DNA of 63,973 nt, filler included, from Psammoneis japonica (taxonomy: Eukaryota): assembly GCA_008632985.1 (NCBI GenBank). It is 3 parts of 3 records of this genome, joined end to end, with 100 filler letters (N's around TTAATTAATTAA, not from the genome) between each part and the next. Parts side by side here need not be neighbours in the genome. Positions count along the whole stretch, not along the records: positions 1 to 22,713 come from QPGO01000435.1; 2 more parts are not named here. One strand, given 5' to 3'. Positions 1 to 11,005 of the stretch are shown here, one piece after another (positions within the stretch are counted from its first letter, which is position 1; every line of letters starts with the position of its first letter). The notes beneath the pieces are model-generated. The model saw only the letters and a program-made list of their open reading frames with translations, was not told where the DNA came from and ran no database searches. The position numbers and the translations under genes were made by a program.

Positions 1-1548
1 CTCATGTTACCAACACCGCGAAAGACGGTTGTTTCGCACTGAAAAGAAAAAAAAAATAGAGCAAAAAGAGCAAGGGTAAGCTGAGGGAATATTGAATGGG
101 AAAAAGGACACTCTGATACAACAGAACAACAGTATTGTGTTGTATTCTTACCGATTTGTTTACTATTCCACCAGATTCTGCCAGTAGGATGCCGAAAACG
201 ACGACACCGTTTCTGTCAATGTCGGTCGGTCACGCCTGTCGTGATGCAAGAAATGCCGATACGACAGCAGGTAAGATACGACGTGAAAAAACAACGCCAA
301 GGCAACAACAAACCAAACCAAGCTATCATAATACACCTTACCGTGTTAACGATCACCCCGTATGGTGTTGGGGTGCTATCTGTTGTAATGACTCGGAACC
401 GCGACGTTCCATTTGTTGTGTTGTTGATGGTGGCCCCGTTTCAACGCACGCAAAAAAAAAATTTCGCGCGTGTCGCTGTGGTAAACAAAGAGTTAAGGCA
501 TTCGCACAACCAGCGCACAGTAGCGCAATGTCGGACAGACGACTGTCGTGCTTTTTTTGCGATTTGCGCGACAAATTGCCGTCGACGCCGACGATGACGA
601 TGACATTTTTCTGACTGTCTTACAGAACGACTTTAAAATATGCACTTAATAGCGTTATCAATAATGCTCTTAACAACATCAATACGTAAAGAAAGCTACC
701 CGGACGAGCTCATAATCGTTCGATAATTGAATGCATCAAATGACAGTCAAAAAACAGAGCTCAGTATTGGTATGACGTTTTGCGATTGAACGAAGGCTGC
801 TCCTGGTCTATTTCATGACTTTATATGTTTCGTAAATTTAATAATCTAAATGTCTATAACGCTCAAAGACTCCAGGACACGTCGATGTCGTCGCTATCAT
901 TACGACAACGCACCGCCGTCATGTCGCCGATTTTTAGCGATGCTCGTGTAGCGCGCACGAAGTTTCCAGTAAAAAAAAAAATTCAGAATGTCAAATCGTC
1001 TTGCCATCCATCAGCTCGTTGTGCGAATACGTTAACGCCAATCGCATCAGATTCAAATCTTCAATGATGTAGATAATCGATGAATTGACCCCACAGTCGA
1101 ATTCTCCATACCCGAAAACACAGGAATCGACACTTCATCTGTCAAAAAAGCCCCAGTGGTTGTTGTCGTAGCCTCTAAAATGTGCGCGCATTTTCGCGCA
1201 TTTTTTCGCCGATTTCTCCCTCCACCATGGCGGACCCTACGGCGGGCCACACCGGTGAAGGATGTTCACTCCAGCAATCTCGGATGCCTGACAACATCGT
1301 CAGAGAAGTGCCAGATGTGTCAGCATTGCTTGCAGCGGGAACGGACATGCCTTTTTCGCCTGTTCAAGACATGCCGCGAAATCCGGTGTCGCAGTCCACT
1401 GCCGAAGCACCATCTGTGCCCGCACATGCCCCCCCCTCCAAGTCTTTCTGTGGAGTCGCCAATGGCCAAGAGAGCTCGAGTGTGATTCAAGGTCATTGCC
1501 CATGCCCATGTGATCAATTTGGGAAAGTGTCAAGAAAACATGATGGGT

Positions 1549-1939
1549 GATGCGTTCCAGGTCTAGGTGGGACCTCGCACCACTGAACTGTGACATCGAT
1601 GGTTTTTTGAATCATGTCGTATGTCGCGCACGTAGATTTCTACGTGATTTTTTTCAATGTTTTGTGTCATTTTACGGCACACTTGTTGAGCGATCCGTCC
1701 AACAACTTTTGACATTTTTTGTCACAGCGCGATTCTACAATGTCTTAAGAATCGCGTAGGGCGGGCGCATTTGCAGAAACGTCGAGTGGCAAGAGGCATG
1801 ATTGCACCACAAACTTGGCAGTTTATTTGATGTTGAAGACAAACACATCCATTGGTCAAATTCTCGCACTGCGGAGCTCGCACGCAGAATTCTACGGGCC
1901 CAATGTCACACGGAGTCCCACCCAGGACTGGAACCCGTC
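1549..1939 (+). mobile_element. MITE family 1, copy A (~390 bp non-autonomous TIR element, TpA-eroded)
   Basis: TIRs GATGCGTTCCAG...CTGGAACCCGTC, extending imperfectly to GGTGGGAC. 4-bp TSD GGGT (1545-1548 / 1940-1943). Aligns along its length to the reverse complement of 6244-6632. Confidence 0.9.
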
Positions 1940-2632
1940 GGGTGCAGACGAAGGAGAGGTCAGGCGCCGCGGCGACGGAAGCATTGCAGGAGGACACAAG
2001 TTGGCATTGGCAGAGATTGAAAGAAAGTGGTTGATCCTTGCAAAGCTGGCACATCTGCAATTCATCACATCACATTTGAGGCACGAGATCCGCAGCTCAT
2101 TGTTGCTGAACACGTGTCAGCAACAGCCGCTCTGTTGACTCCACAAAAAAGCTGGCGCGACAATCTGTCATCGCGGTTGAGGAGCTAGACTAGATCAGCA
2201 GCCAAGCAACTGCTGTTAGAAACCACACTCTGTGTGACCATGTTTCATCTGTTTCAGCATGTCACAAAAGAAGAGCTGTTTGTGCAGTGTTTGCAAATTG
2301 GTGCCTCTCTCATTCCGTCATTTCGTGCTTTGCCAAATTTTTGAAAATTCCATGTGGTTTCGAACAAAACAGAAATCCACAATTCTCAATGACAGAAGAT
2401 GGGGCCAATCTGTTTAGATGCACTGTGCCTTCCCTCCCAATGTTGATGAAAGAAACGGGGAAATCGGTGTGAGGATCATTGAGACATCACACCGTAAAGT
2501 GGGAGGCCGGCGGTGGGCACCATTGTGCTGCTGCAGTTTGTTGCGTGCCACTGAGAAATGTGCACATGCAACGATGGATGTTGGCAATGCAAGTTTTGCA
2601 CGCGCATTCCGAGACAAGCGTCATTTTAAGAA

Positions 2633-2702
2633 TTTGCGGCCCACATGCGGGCCGCAAAAATTTGTGATGAGATTTTTGCGGCCCACATGCGGGCCGCAAA
2701 AT
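2633..2702. repeat. Tandem pair of GC-rich hairpins TTTGCGGCCC-ACATGC-GGGCCGCAAA
   Basis: The same ~26-bp inverted-repeat unit occurs twice about 40 bp apart, directly before the truncated 5' LTR. Probably the terminus of another element. Confidence 0.7.
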
Positions 2703-2713
2703 TGCGCAATGAG

Positions 2714-2830
2714 CACAAGATCTAATGAGAGCCGTTGCAACGGCGGGCTTCGCTGAAAGCGACCTCGTTGCCTGGGTCTTTTGCTCACAATTTTGTTGTC
2801 ACTGAAGTCTTCATCTCGTTAGACCTCACA
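2714..2830 (+). repeat. 5' LTR (5'-truncated) of the Gypsy element
   Basis: Matches ~8308-8420 (agagccgttgcaa...ctgaagtcttcatctc...gacctYRca) and ends in CA. Confidence 0.8.
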
Positions 2831-2859
2831 CTGTAATTACAGTCAATTCAAAGAACTGG

Positions 2860-4283
2860 ATGGAGACCAGAATCAATGCAAATAAATTGACTGAACATGA
2901 GAAAAGAGAGCTGCAGGCAAGAGCAGCAGTTTGGGCCATTGAGCATCAGAAGCAAGCGCAACAGCGCAAACAACACAAACAGAATTTGGCGAGCCAAGTG
3001 CATCAGTTGGAGTCAAAGGCAGAGTCCCTGGAAAGGACTGTGTTGAGCAATTGCACCCTGTTTTGCATGATGAGCAAATCATTGAAAGAGCCTTGTGTCA
3101 GCTGTGAAGCAAAGTTTGAGCGCTCTGATTTGGAGGAGAGGCGAAATGGACTCAGTCGCATGATGATGGCAGTGCTCATGGGAGGAAGTGTCCACATTTT
3201 GATGGCACTCATGGTGTTGAAGCCTTGCCATTTGTTGAAGATCATTTTTGTAAAATCGTTGTGAAATTGGAGTTTGCAACCGGAGAAGAGCTGTTTGACA
3301 ATTTTGAGGAAGTGTTGACTGACACAGCTGAGGACAAGTGGGTGAACTTGACTGGTGCCATTGCTGATGCTGACAAGACTGTTGCATGTTTTGATCAGGA
3401 GACAAATCATTTTTATTTGTCTTGTTGTGATGATGAAGCGTGTGACACCATGATTGAGTGTCTGCCAACCTTGAAAAAAGCGTTCAAATCGGAGGCACAG
3501 GCACATGCTGATCACATGGAAACCTTGATTCACTGCACTGACAAGTTGCCAGGAAATGCTCCCCAAGTCAACAAGGCCCAGAAAAAAAGGTGATGTTCTG
3601 CAGTTTTCCTTGTCCCTGGCCTTGGCGTGAGATGTGTGCTGGTGCGGGATGTTCGATGGCCAACGAAAGTCTCGCTGAGATCATCAGTTGTGTGAACAAC
3701 AAAAAATCCTTTGCCAACAAGAGCAGCAACAAGAAGCAAGACAAGAAGAGAAAGGGTGGTGGTCCTTCATCTCAAGCTTCAAGGCGTTCTCAAGGCAACG
3801 GCAACTGAGTCGATCCAGAATCCAGATGTCCAGTGCACACTGACCATGATCATCAGTGGAAGGATTGCACCCTGAAACAGGAGAGCCAAAACTGTTGACC
3901 AAGGTCAGACCATGATGGAGGTTGTGGTGGAGGCCAAGGGAACTGTCAAGGAAGAGGGCAGCAAGGCCAAGGAGGTTGTGGTGACTTCCAAGGTGGTGGT
4001 CAAGGTGGCTGCGGCAACCAAGGCGGTTGTGGAGGCCAAGGTTGCGGCAACTGCAACAATTTCCAGAATTCTCAGGGAAATGGATCCTGTTGTCAAAATT
4101 CAAAATGGCATTCAAAATGGCACCCAAGCCAACGGCGACACCCAAGGCTGTGGAAATCCAGATGGAACAGCTCCTCCTGGTGGCTGGCAAATGGAGTCGT
4201 GCCATTTTCATCAAGGAGGGCCTCGCAAGATGCGTGGTGGAAATGGGTGCAATCAGAGTGGTCGTTTCCCTCAAGGCAAATGA
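2860..4283 (+). pseudogene. Decayed gag-like region of the Gypsy element
   Basis: Broken ORFs between the 5' LTR and the protease, ending in Gly/Gln/Asn-rich low complexity. Assigned mainly by position. Confidence 0.5.
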
Positions 4284-7200
4284 AGTTAGCACAATTGACA
4301 GGGGACGGAAGTGCCCGAGTCAGAGCATGCTGCTCAATCTTTTGTGTTCCATGTGATTGTGACAAAAATGTGTGCTTTGATGTTGATGAAGATGTGGGAG
4401 ACCTGATGAAATCTCATGCCATGAATGAAGAAAATTTGGGCGGCACTTTGGAGTGCGCTGCACCAACCCCAAAAACTGTGACTCCTGAACCATTGAATGT
4501 GGTGCCTGCAATGTCAATGGCAGTGCGTGCAATTCAAAATCAAGAGAGTGAGTGGATTTTGCATGTGTTGTTAGATTCAGGAGGTGCTGACACCATTGTT
4601 CATTCTCGAGTTTTGCCAAAGGGAGCCAATCCGACCATGAATGATGAGGGACAACTGAGTTTCCAGACAGTCGCTGGACAATGTGAATCCTCCCGACATG
4701 TCATTGTGAAGGATCTAGTGTTGCCCAAATTCAACAAGTCCAAACAAGTTGATGGCATCACTGCTCAAGTTTTTGATGCTCCACGCAAATGTGCTGTGAC
4801 ATTGGGCCAAGACTTCCTTTCCAAGGCCGGAACAATGCTTGATTTTTGGTTCAGAATTGTGAAATGGTTGGATGTGTTGATCCCGATGAAGCAATCCAAT
4901 CACTGGAACTTAGCTCAGAATTGGCTGGACATGCTTGATAATCACAAGGAGGATGAAGATGATGAAGACCTCCAAGGTCAAGTCTTCATGTTGCGTGCCA
5001 AGAGTGAGAAGGTGTCAACCACAAAGGTGGCACAATCTCAAACTCATTTGACCCAAGAGCAACATGATGAGCTCCAAACTGTGCTTGAGAAGCATGAAAC
5101 CCTTTTTTACAGAACACTCAGTGGACATCCACACAAGACCGTTCATTTGGAAGTTGATCTCAACGCCGTGCCTTTTCACTCTAAGGCTCACAAAGTGTCC
5201 ATGCAAGACAAAGCTGTTTTCAAGAAAGAACTGCAACACTTGTGCAACATTGGCATCTTGGAACCAGCAGGACCAATGGAATGGGCGGCTGGAACTTTTG
5301 CAGCTCCCAAGAAAGATGGGCAAGTTCAATGGGTGTCCAATTTCCGAGAGTTGAACAAGGTTCTCAAGCAAAAGGTGTGCCCTTTGCCGATCATCCAAGA
5401 TGTTGTTCACCAACATTCAGGATGCAAACATTTGACCAAGTTGGACCTCACGATGTTCTGCTGCCACATTGAACTTGACAAAGAATCCAAAGATTTGCGC
5501 GCCATTGTCTCACTCCGTTTGGGAAATTTTGATGCTGTTGACTGGCCATGGGTTTGAAAACTGCTCCTGACACTGCTCAAGCTGTCATCAAGAAAGTGGC
5601 AAATGGACTTGATGTTGAAACCCACATTGATGACATTGCTCAATTTGACGATTCGTTCAATGCTCACATGCGTCAACTCGACGAGCTGCCATCCAGGCTG
5701 GAAGAAAATGACCTCAAGGTCAATCCGCTCAAGTGTGAGTGGTGCATCCAAGAGATGGAGTTTCCAGGCCATTGGCTTGTGCCTGCAGGAGTTTGACTGT
5801 GGAAGAAGAAAGTGGACACAGTGCTGAAAATGCAACCTCCTCAAACCATGACACAACTGCAATCTTTCATTGGTGCTGTCACTTGCTGTCGCAATGTGTG
5901 GCCCCGTTTCTCTCATGTGCTCACTCCGCTTGTGAAGCTGACAGGCAAGAGCAAACTGGAATGGACTCCTGAGTGTCAACAAGCTTTCAAAGATGTGAGG
6001 ACGTTGATTTTGGACAGCACCCTTTGGGTTTGTCCAGATCACAACAAGCCCTTCCACATTTGTGCTGATTCCTCTGACTGCTGTCAGATGGGAGCCGCAA
6101 TCATGCAAGAAGGGAAGCCAGCAGCATGTTGGTCACGGAAGCTCAGCATGGTGCAACAAAATTGTTGCACCATTGAAAAAGAACTGTTGGTGGTGGCAAT
6201 GTGTTTCAAGGAATTTTGCACCATGTTGCTTGGAGCTGATTGCGACGCGTTCCAGCCCTAGGTGGGACTCCGTGTGACATTTGGCCCGTAGAATTCTACG
6301 TGCGAGCTCCGTAGTACGAGAATTTAATTAATGGATATATTTATCTTCAACATCAAATAAACGGCCAAGTTTGTGGTACAATTATGCCTCTTACCACTCG
6401 ACGTTTTTGCAAATGCACCTGCCCTACGCGATTCTTAAGACATTATAGAATCGCGCTGTAACAAAAAATGTCAAAAGTTTTTGGACGGATCGCTCAATAA
6501 CTGTACCGTAAAATGACACAAAATATCAAAAAATCACGTAGAATTCTACGTGCGCGACATACGACGAGATTCAAAAAACTATCGATGTCACAGTTCAGCA
6601 GTGCGAGGTCCCACCTAGACCTGGAACGCGTCTTGCACTGTTTTTGTCAATCACAAAAATCTCACCTTTTGCACTCTCAATTCTCAACAAGTGCTCAGGT
6701 GGCGACTCTTCTTGGAAGACTTTGCTCCAACCTTTGAGTGCATTTGTGGCAAGGACAATCTGTTGGCTGATTGTTTTTCATTGTTGCCATGCACAGAAAC
6801 TCCTGCGGAAGGGAAGTGAGCTCCAAACAAGGGCAAACTGATTGATCTCAAGGCGATCGACACTGCTGTGTTGCCTCACGAAGAAGAAGAAATGAACAAA
6901 CCAGACCATGCATCTCATTTTTCCTGTTGTCATGAAGAGCCATTGCCCTTCTACTCCTCCTTTGTGGATGATCCCAAATTGTGCGAATCGTTCTTAAACT
7001 GTCCTTCCCTTGATGAAATGCAAAATCTGACGACCATGCAGCAGATCCAAGAACACCAGTTTGCTGATGTGGAATTGAACAACATGTGGCAACAGTGTCG
7101 TGAGCACTTCATTGTTGAACATGTGAATCAGCGCCCTGTGATTTGTTGTTGCACTCATCCAAATGATCCTCCAACCTTGTGGAAAATCTGCACTCTGACT

Positions 7201-8140
7201 GCCTTGTTGCCCGATGTGATGCAGTGGTGTCATGGAATGCCGGGACATGCGGGAGTGCATTGGATGCACTCCACTGTTGGCGTGCATTTTTGTCATCCTG
7301 TCCTGCATCAGATTTGTGAAGAATGTCATTGTGTTGATTGTCAACATTTAAAAACTTTGGGTCCTGGATGTGGGAACCTGCCTGAGCGTGAAGCACCTTC
7401 ACCACCATGGAATGAAGTGGCAGTTGACCTCATTGGTCCCTGGAAGATTAACATCCAGGGCTGTGAGATTGAAGTCAATGCATTGACCTGCACTGATGCT
7501 GTCTCAAACGTTGCTGAACTCACTTGCATTGAAAACAAAACCTCATCTCACATTGCTCAGCAATTTGAAAATTGTTGGTTGTCTTGTTGTCCTTGTCCCA
7601 GCCATTGCATTCATTGCAATGGTGGAGAATTTGTTGGAGAGGACTTTCAATTGATGTTGCAACAGGTGGGAGTGAACAATGTGCCAATGACTTCACGGAC
7701 CTGTTGGGAACATCTCACACACTTTGCTTCATGTTCATCCTCCACAGAACATTGGACAAGCCAATCAATTGGTGGACAATGCATTGGCGATGGCAATGCA
7801 TGCAATGCGATGTGCAGCACCCCATGCTCTCAAGATTTTGCTGGGTGCAATGGCATTTCAACGTGACATGAGACACTAGATCTGCCAGTTCTGGCAGATC
7901 TTGCTGCTGTTCAAGAACATCGCCAAGCAACCATCAATGTAAATCTGGGCAGAGCAAATTCCAAACACACCGATCCTGCAATTTTCAAGTTGGTGGGCAA
8001 ATCCTTGTCAAATCCATTGATCCTGCCAAGCTCAAGCCACAAGCACATGGCCCACATCCCATTGTTCAAGCACGTGCCAATGGCACAATTGTGGTTCAAC
8101 GTGCACCTCATGTGGTGGAATGACTTGACATTTGATGCAT
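4284..8140 (+). pseudogene. Decayed Gypsy pol polyprotein (PR-RT-RNase H-IN)
   Basis: Protease LLDSGG (~4568). RT motifs PKKDG..V.NFRELNK, LDLTMFCCHI (5441) and HIDDI (5623, canonical YIDD). RNase H ADSSD, ACWSRKL, EKELL. Integrase GHAG, AVDLIGPW (~7420), NGGEF. Confidence 0.92.
6244..6632 (-). mobile_element. MITE family 1, copy B (TpA-intact, probably young) inserted in Gypsy RNase H
   Basis: Perfect 12-bp TIR GACGCGTTCCAG / CTGGAACGCGTC and 4-bp TSD TTGC (6240-6243 / 6633-6636). Removing it restores the in-frame RNase H segment [14 protein letters not shown]. Confidence 0.95.
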
Positions 8141-8259
8141 CATCCTGCATCAGACTTTTTCTCCCAACACTTGGGGGTTTCCCTTCTTTTGCCTCAAAAA
8201 CTCTTTTGAATTTTTGAATCTCACATTGTCCTCAGGATTCAAATCATGGAAGGGAAGAG

Positions 8260-8420
8260 TGCAGTGTCACGCACCCCATTTTTCTGACACATGGCATCAA
8301 CGATTCTACAAGATGAGACAAGAGCCGTTGCAATGGGCTTTGCTGAAAGCAACCTCATCACCTTGGTCTTTTGCTCACAATTTTGTCATCACTGAAGTCT
8401 TCATCTCATTGGACCTTGCA
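8260..8420 (+). repeat. 3' LTR of the Gypsy element
   Basis: Begins with TG directly after the PPT, ends in CA, homologous to 2714-2830. Confidence 0.85.
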
Positions 8421-8654
8421 TTGCCGGCATGCATGCCCACGAGAAGCCGGCTGCCAGTCCATCGCGCACAGGACTCGCGGTGTTTTTTTTCTGTGGTGCA
8501 CGTGCAGGGCGCGACACAACCAAATGTCATTGCTGCAAAGCACAAAATTCCTGAGCTTCATCACACTCATTTCAACATGATGCAAGAAATCATGATGCAG
8601 CACATGACACCATCTGTTCCTGGGCCATCTCGACAATTGTCGCCTTTGGCAGCA

Positions 8655-9052
8655 GATGGGTTCCAGTCCCAGCAGGTGGGACTTTTTGTGACATTGGGCC
8701 CGCAGAATTCTACGTACGAGCTCCGGATTACAAGAATCTAATCAATGGATGTTTTTGTCTTCAACATCAAATGAACAACCAAGTTTGTGGTGCAAGTGTG
8801 ACCATTGCCACTTGACATTTTTGCAAACGCGCCTGCCCTGCGCCACTCTCAAGACATTTGCGAATGGCGTAGAAGAAAAAAATGTCAAAAGTTGTTGGAC
8901 AGATCGCTCAATGAGTGTGCCACAAAATGATGCCAAATTTCAGAAAAGTCACGCACCTTTCTACGTGAGCGACATGCGGTGCGATCCAAAAAACTGTCAA
9001 TGTCACAGTTCAGCACTGCAGTGCGAGGTCCCACCTGGAGCTGGAATGCGTC
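8655..9052 (-). mobile_element. MITE family 1, copy C
   Basis: TIRs GATGGGTTCCAG...CTGGAATGCGTC, TSD AGCA (8651-8654 / 9053-9056), internally collinear with copy B. Confidence 0.9.
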
Positions 9053-9594
9053 AGCAGTGTGTCAGGCAACTCTCGCGTTCTTCAGCGGGGGCAAAAAATC
9101 TTGCGGCGCAAGTGGAGGCTGTGTGCTGCTTTCTCAGTTGAGGGTGGCTGACACGCAACTTTTGCCACATTTTTTTCATTGACATGCTTGTTCTCTTTCA
9201 TTTTTTTGTGAAACTTGGTCAGTGTGAGAACCGCTGCAAAACTGTTGATCCCGCAGCTTTGAAATGTGGCGGGCAATGTCACATGTGTTCCACAGCATGG
9301 CAAGGCTGGCAATGAGTGGCGGCACCAAAGTGATGACTGTCAGAAGTGCAGGAAAGAACAAAGCCTTTGGTGTTGCCTTCAGCTGTCTTTGCTGGCACCA
9401 ATGAGTTTCCCAGACAGTTGCTCAAGTGAGGCTCATCCCCCCATGCACTGTGCTGTCTGTCAAGCAGGGCACCACAAACTGACCCAATTGCTTGGCAGCA
9501 GCCTGCCCTCCAGCAACCTGAGGGTTGTTCTGTCATTCACAGAATGATGTGTGTGGACGTCCTGCAATGTGGAAGTTTCAGCACAAGATCTGGA

Positions 9595-10545
9595 GATGCA
9601 CTCCAGCTCCAGGTGGGATCTCATGCTGCTGGACTGTGACACAATCATTTTTTGTCATCCGCTGCATGTTTTGCATGCACATTTGTTCCACACTGCCTGT
9701 TTTGTGAAGCCAAAGGCTTTCTGTTTTCTGCATTTGTGATGACGAAAATGCGCTGGGCACACTCTTTAATGTCTCTGATGAACACACCGGCCATGCTGTC
9801 AACTGTGCACTTGAGGGGGTCATCCCCGTGTTTGTCCTAAAGTTTTGGTGGCTTTTGAACAAGAGTGTTTGTGAGAGATTGTTTTTGAACACAAAATCAT
9901 TTTTTTTGTCACATCGGATTGCTGATCGTGCACAAAAACAAGAACATCAAGAACCACGGTCAAAGCATGACAACAACAAGAATTGTTGACAAATTCTCAA
10001 AATGCAATTTTGGTGGCATTTGAACAAGAATGTTTGTAAGAGATTGTTTTTGAATGCAAAAATTGTTCATGTTGTCACATCTGATCGCCGATCGCGCACG
10101 AAAACGAGAACATGAAGCACCGCAATCGAAGCACAACGATGATGACAATCGTTGACATTTCTCAAAAACATGGCATTTTGTGTGCAAACTTTTCTTGTGT
10201 GTGAGATCTTTGATGCACAAAGAACACAACACAAAGGAGAGTTGGTGCACGGACTGCCTCTGTTGCAGACTTGTGGCTTGCCATTTTTCACTGCTGTGAA
10301 GCACGGTGAAATTCAGGAAAAATCATGCAAAACACGAGCTGTTCAGCCAAATTTGAGCTAAAACAAGTGGCGACTGACCACCCTTAAATTGTGGAGGAGG
10401 AGATTTGTTTGCGAAATTGCCTCTTTTTCTGTTTGCGATCATTTGCACACTTGCTCTGCTTGACAATTTCACTGTGGAGCTCGTCGCACTTGGAACTCTG
10501 CTGGCCGAATGTCACAAAAAGTCCCACCCAGGACTGGAGCTCATC
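9595..10545 (+). mobile_element. MITE family 1, longer variant D (~950 bp)
   Basis: Degenerate TIRs GATGCACTCCAG...CTGGAGCTCATC, TSD TGGA (9591-9594 / 10546-10549), internal duplicated segment (~9858-9957 vs ~10024-10123). Confidence 0.8.
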
Positions 10546-11005
10546 TGGAACATTCTTGCATGGAAGGGTGCAAGCTGGGCATCCGTGTTAAAAAAACAGA
10601 GTTGCTGGCTGTTGACGGCTTTTCCGAACAGCAAAAAATGTTGTGGGCCTCTGCCTTCCCAAAAAACAAGTTTGCCCAGGGGACTGCCCATCTCTCTCAA
10701 CATCAGAGTGGCAATTTGTTTCCAGCTGTGCACTCATCTTCAATGAGACTCTTCATCATTTCCCTGTCTTCTTCCACCGCGGCATTGTGGAGTTTCAAAA
10801 CCAGCTCACAGGAGAAGCTGCAGTCATCAGAATTTGTCAGAAAGAAGAAAGGACAGGCAGGTTGCTCACTTGCACTGTGGGCTCTTCAATGGCTGTTTTG
10901 CAATTGCAGGAATGGAAACCGGGTGCTGCCAGAATTTGGATTGGAAGTTTCAACAAAGTTGCTCAAAAAGATCACGGCGAAGTGTGGGAAATGCGAGCCA
11001 TTTTA

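Larger units (their letters stand above)
2714..8420 (+). mobile_element. Degenerate Ty3/Gypsy LTR retrotransposon
   Basis: LTR pair (2714-2830 partial; 8260-8420) and polypurine tract GGAAGGGAAGAG (~8248-8259). Domain order is gag, protease, RT, RNase H, integrase, as in Gypsy. Carries frameshifts, stops and a MITE insertion. Confidence 0.92.

Noticed and set aside
1..1100. ORFs 135-614 and 241-597
   Set aside because: No recognisable domain; looks like non-coding or repeat-terminal DNA with normal TpA.
1549..6632. Classical RIP (CpA->TpA) as the cause of MITE differences
   Set aside because: Conserved Tyr codons show TA is the ancestral state, and repeats are TA-poor rather than TA-rich.
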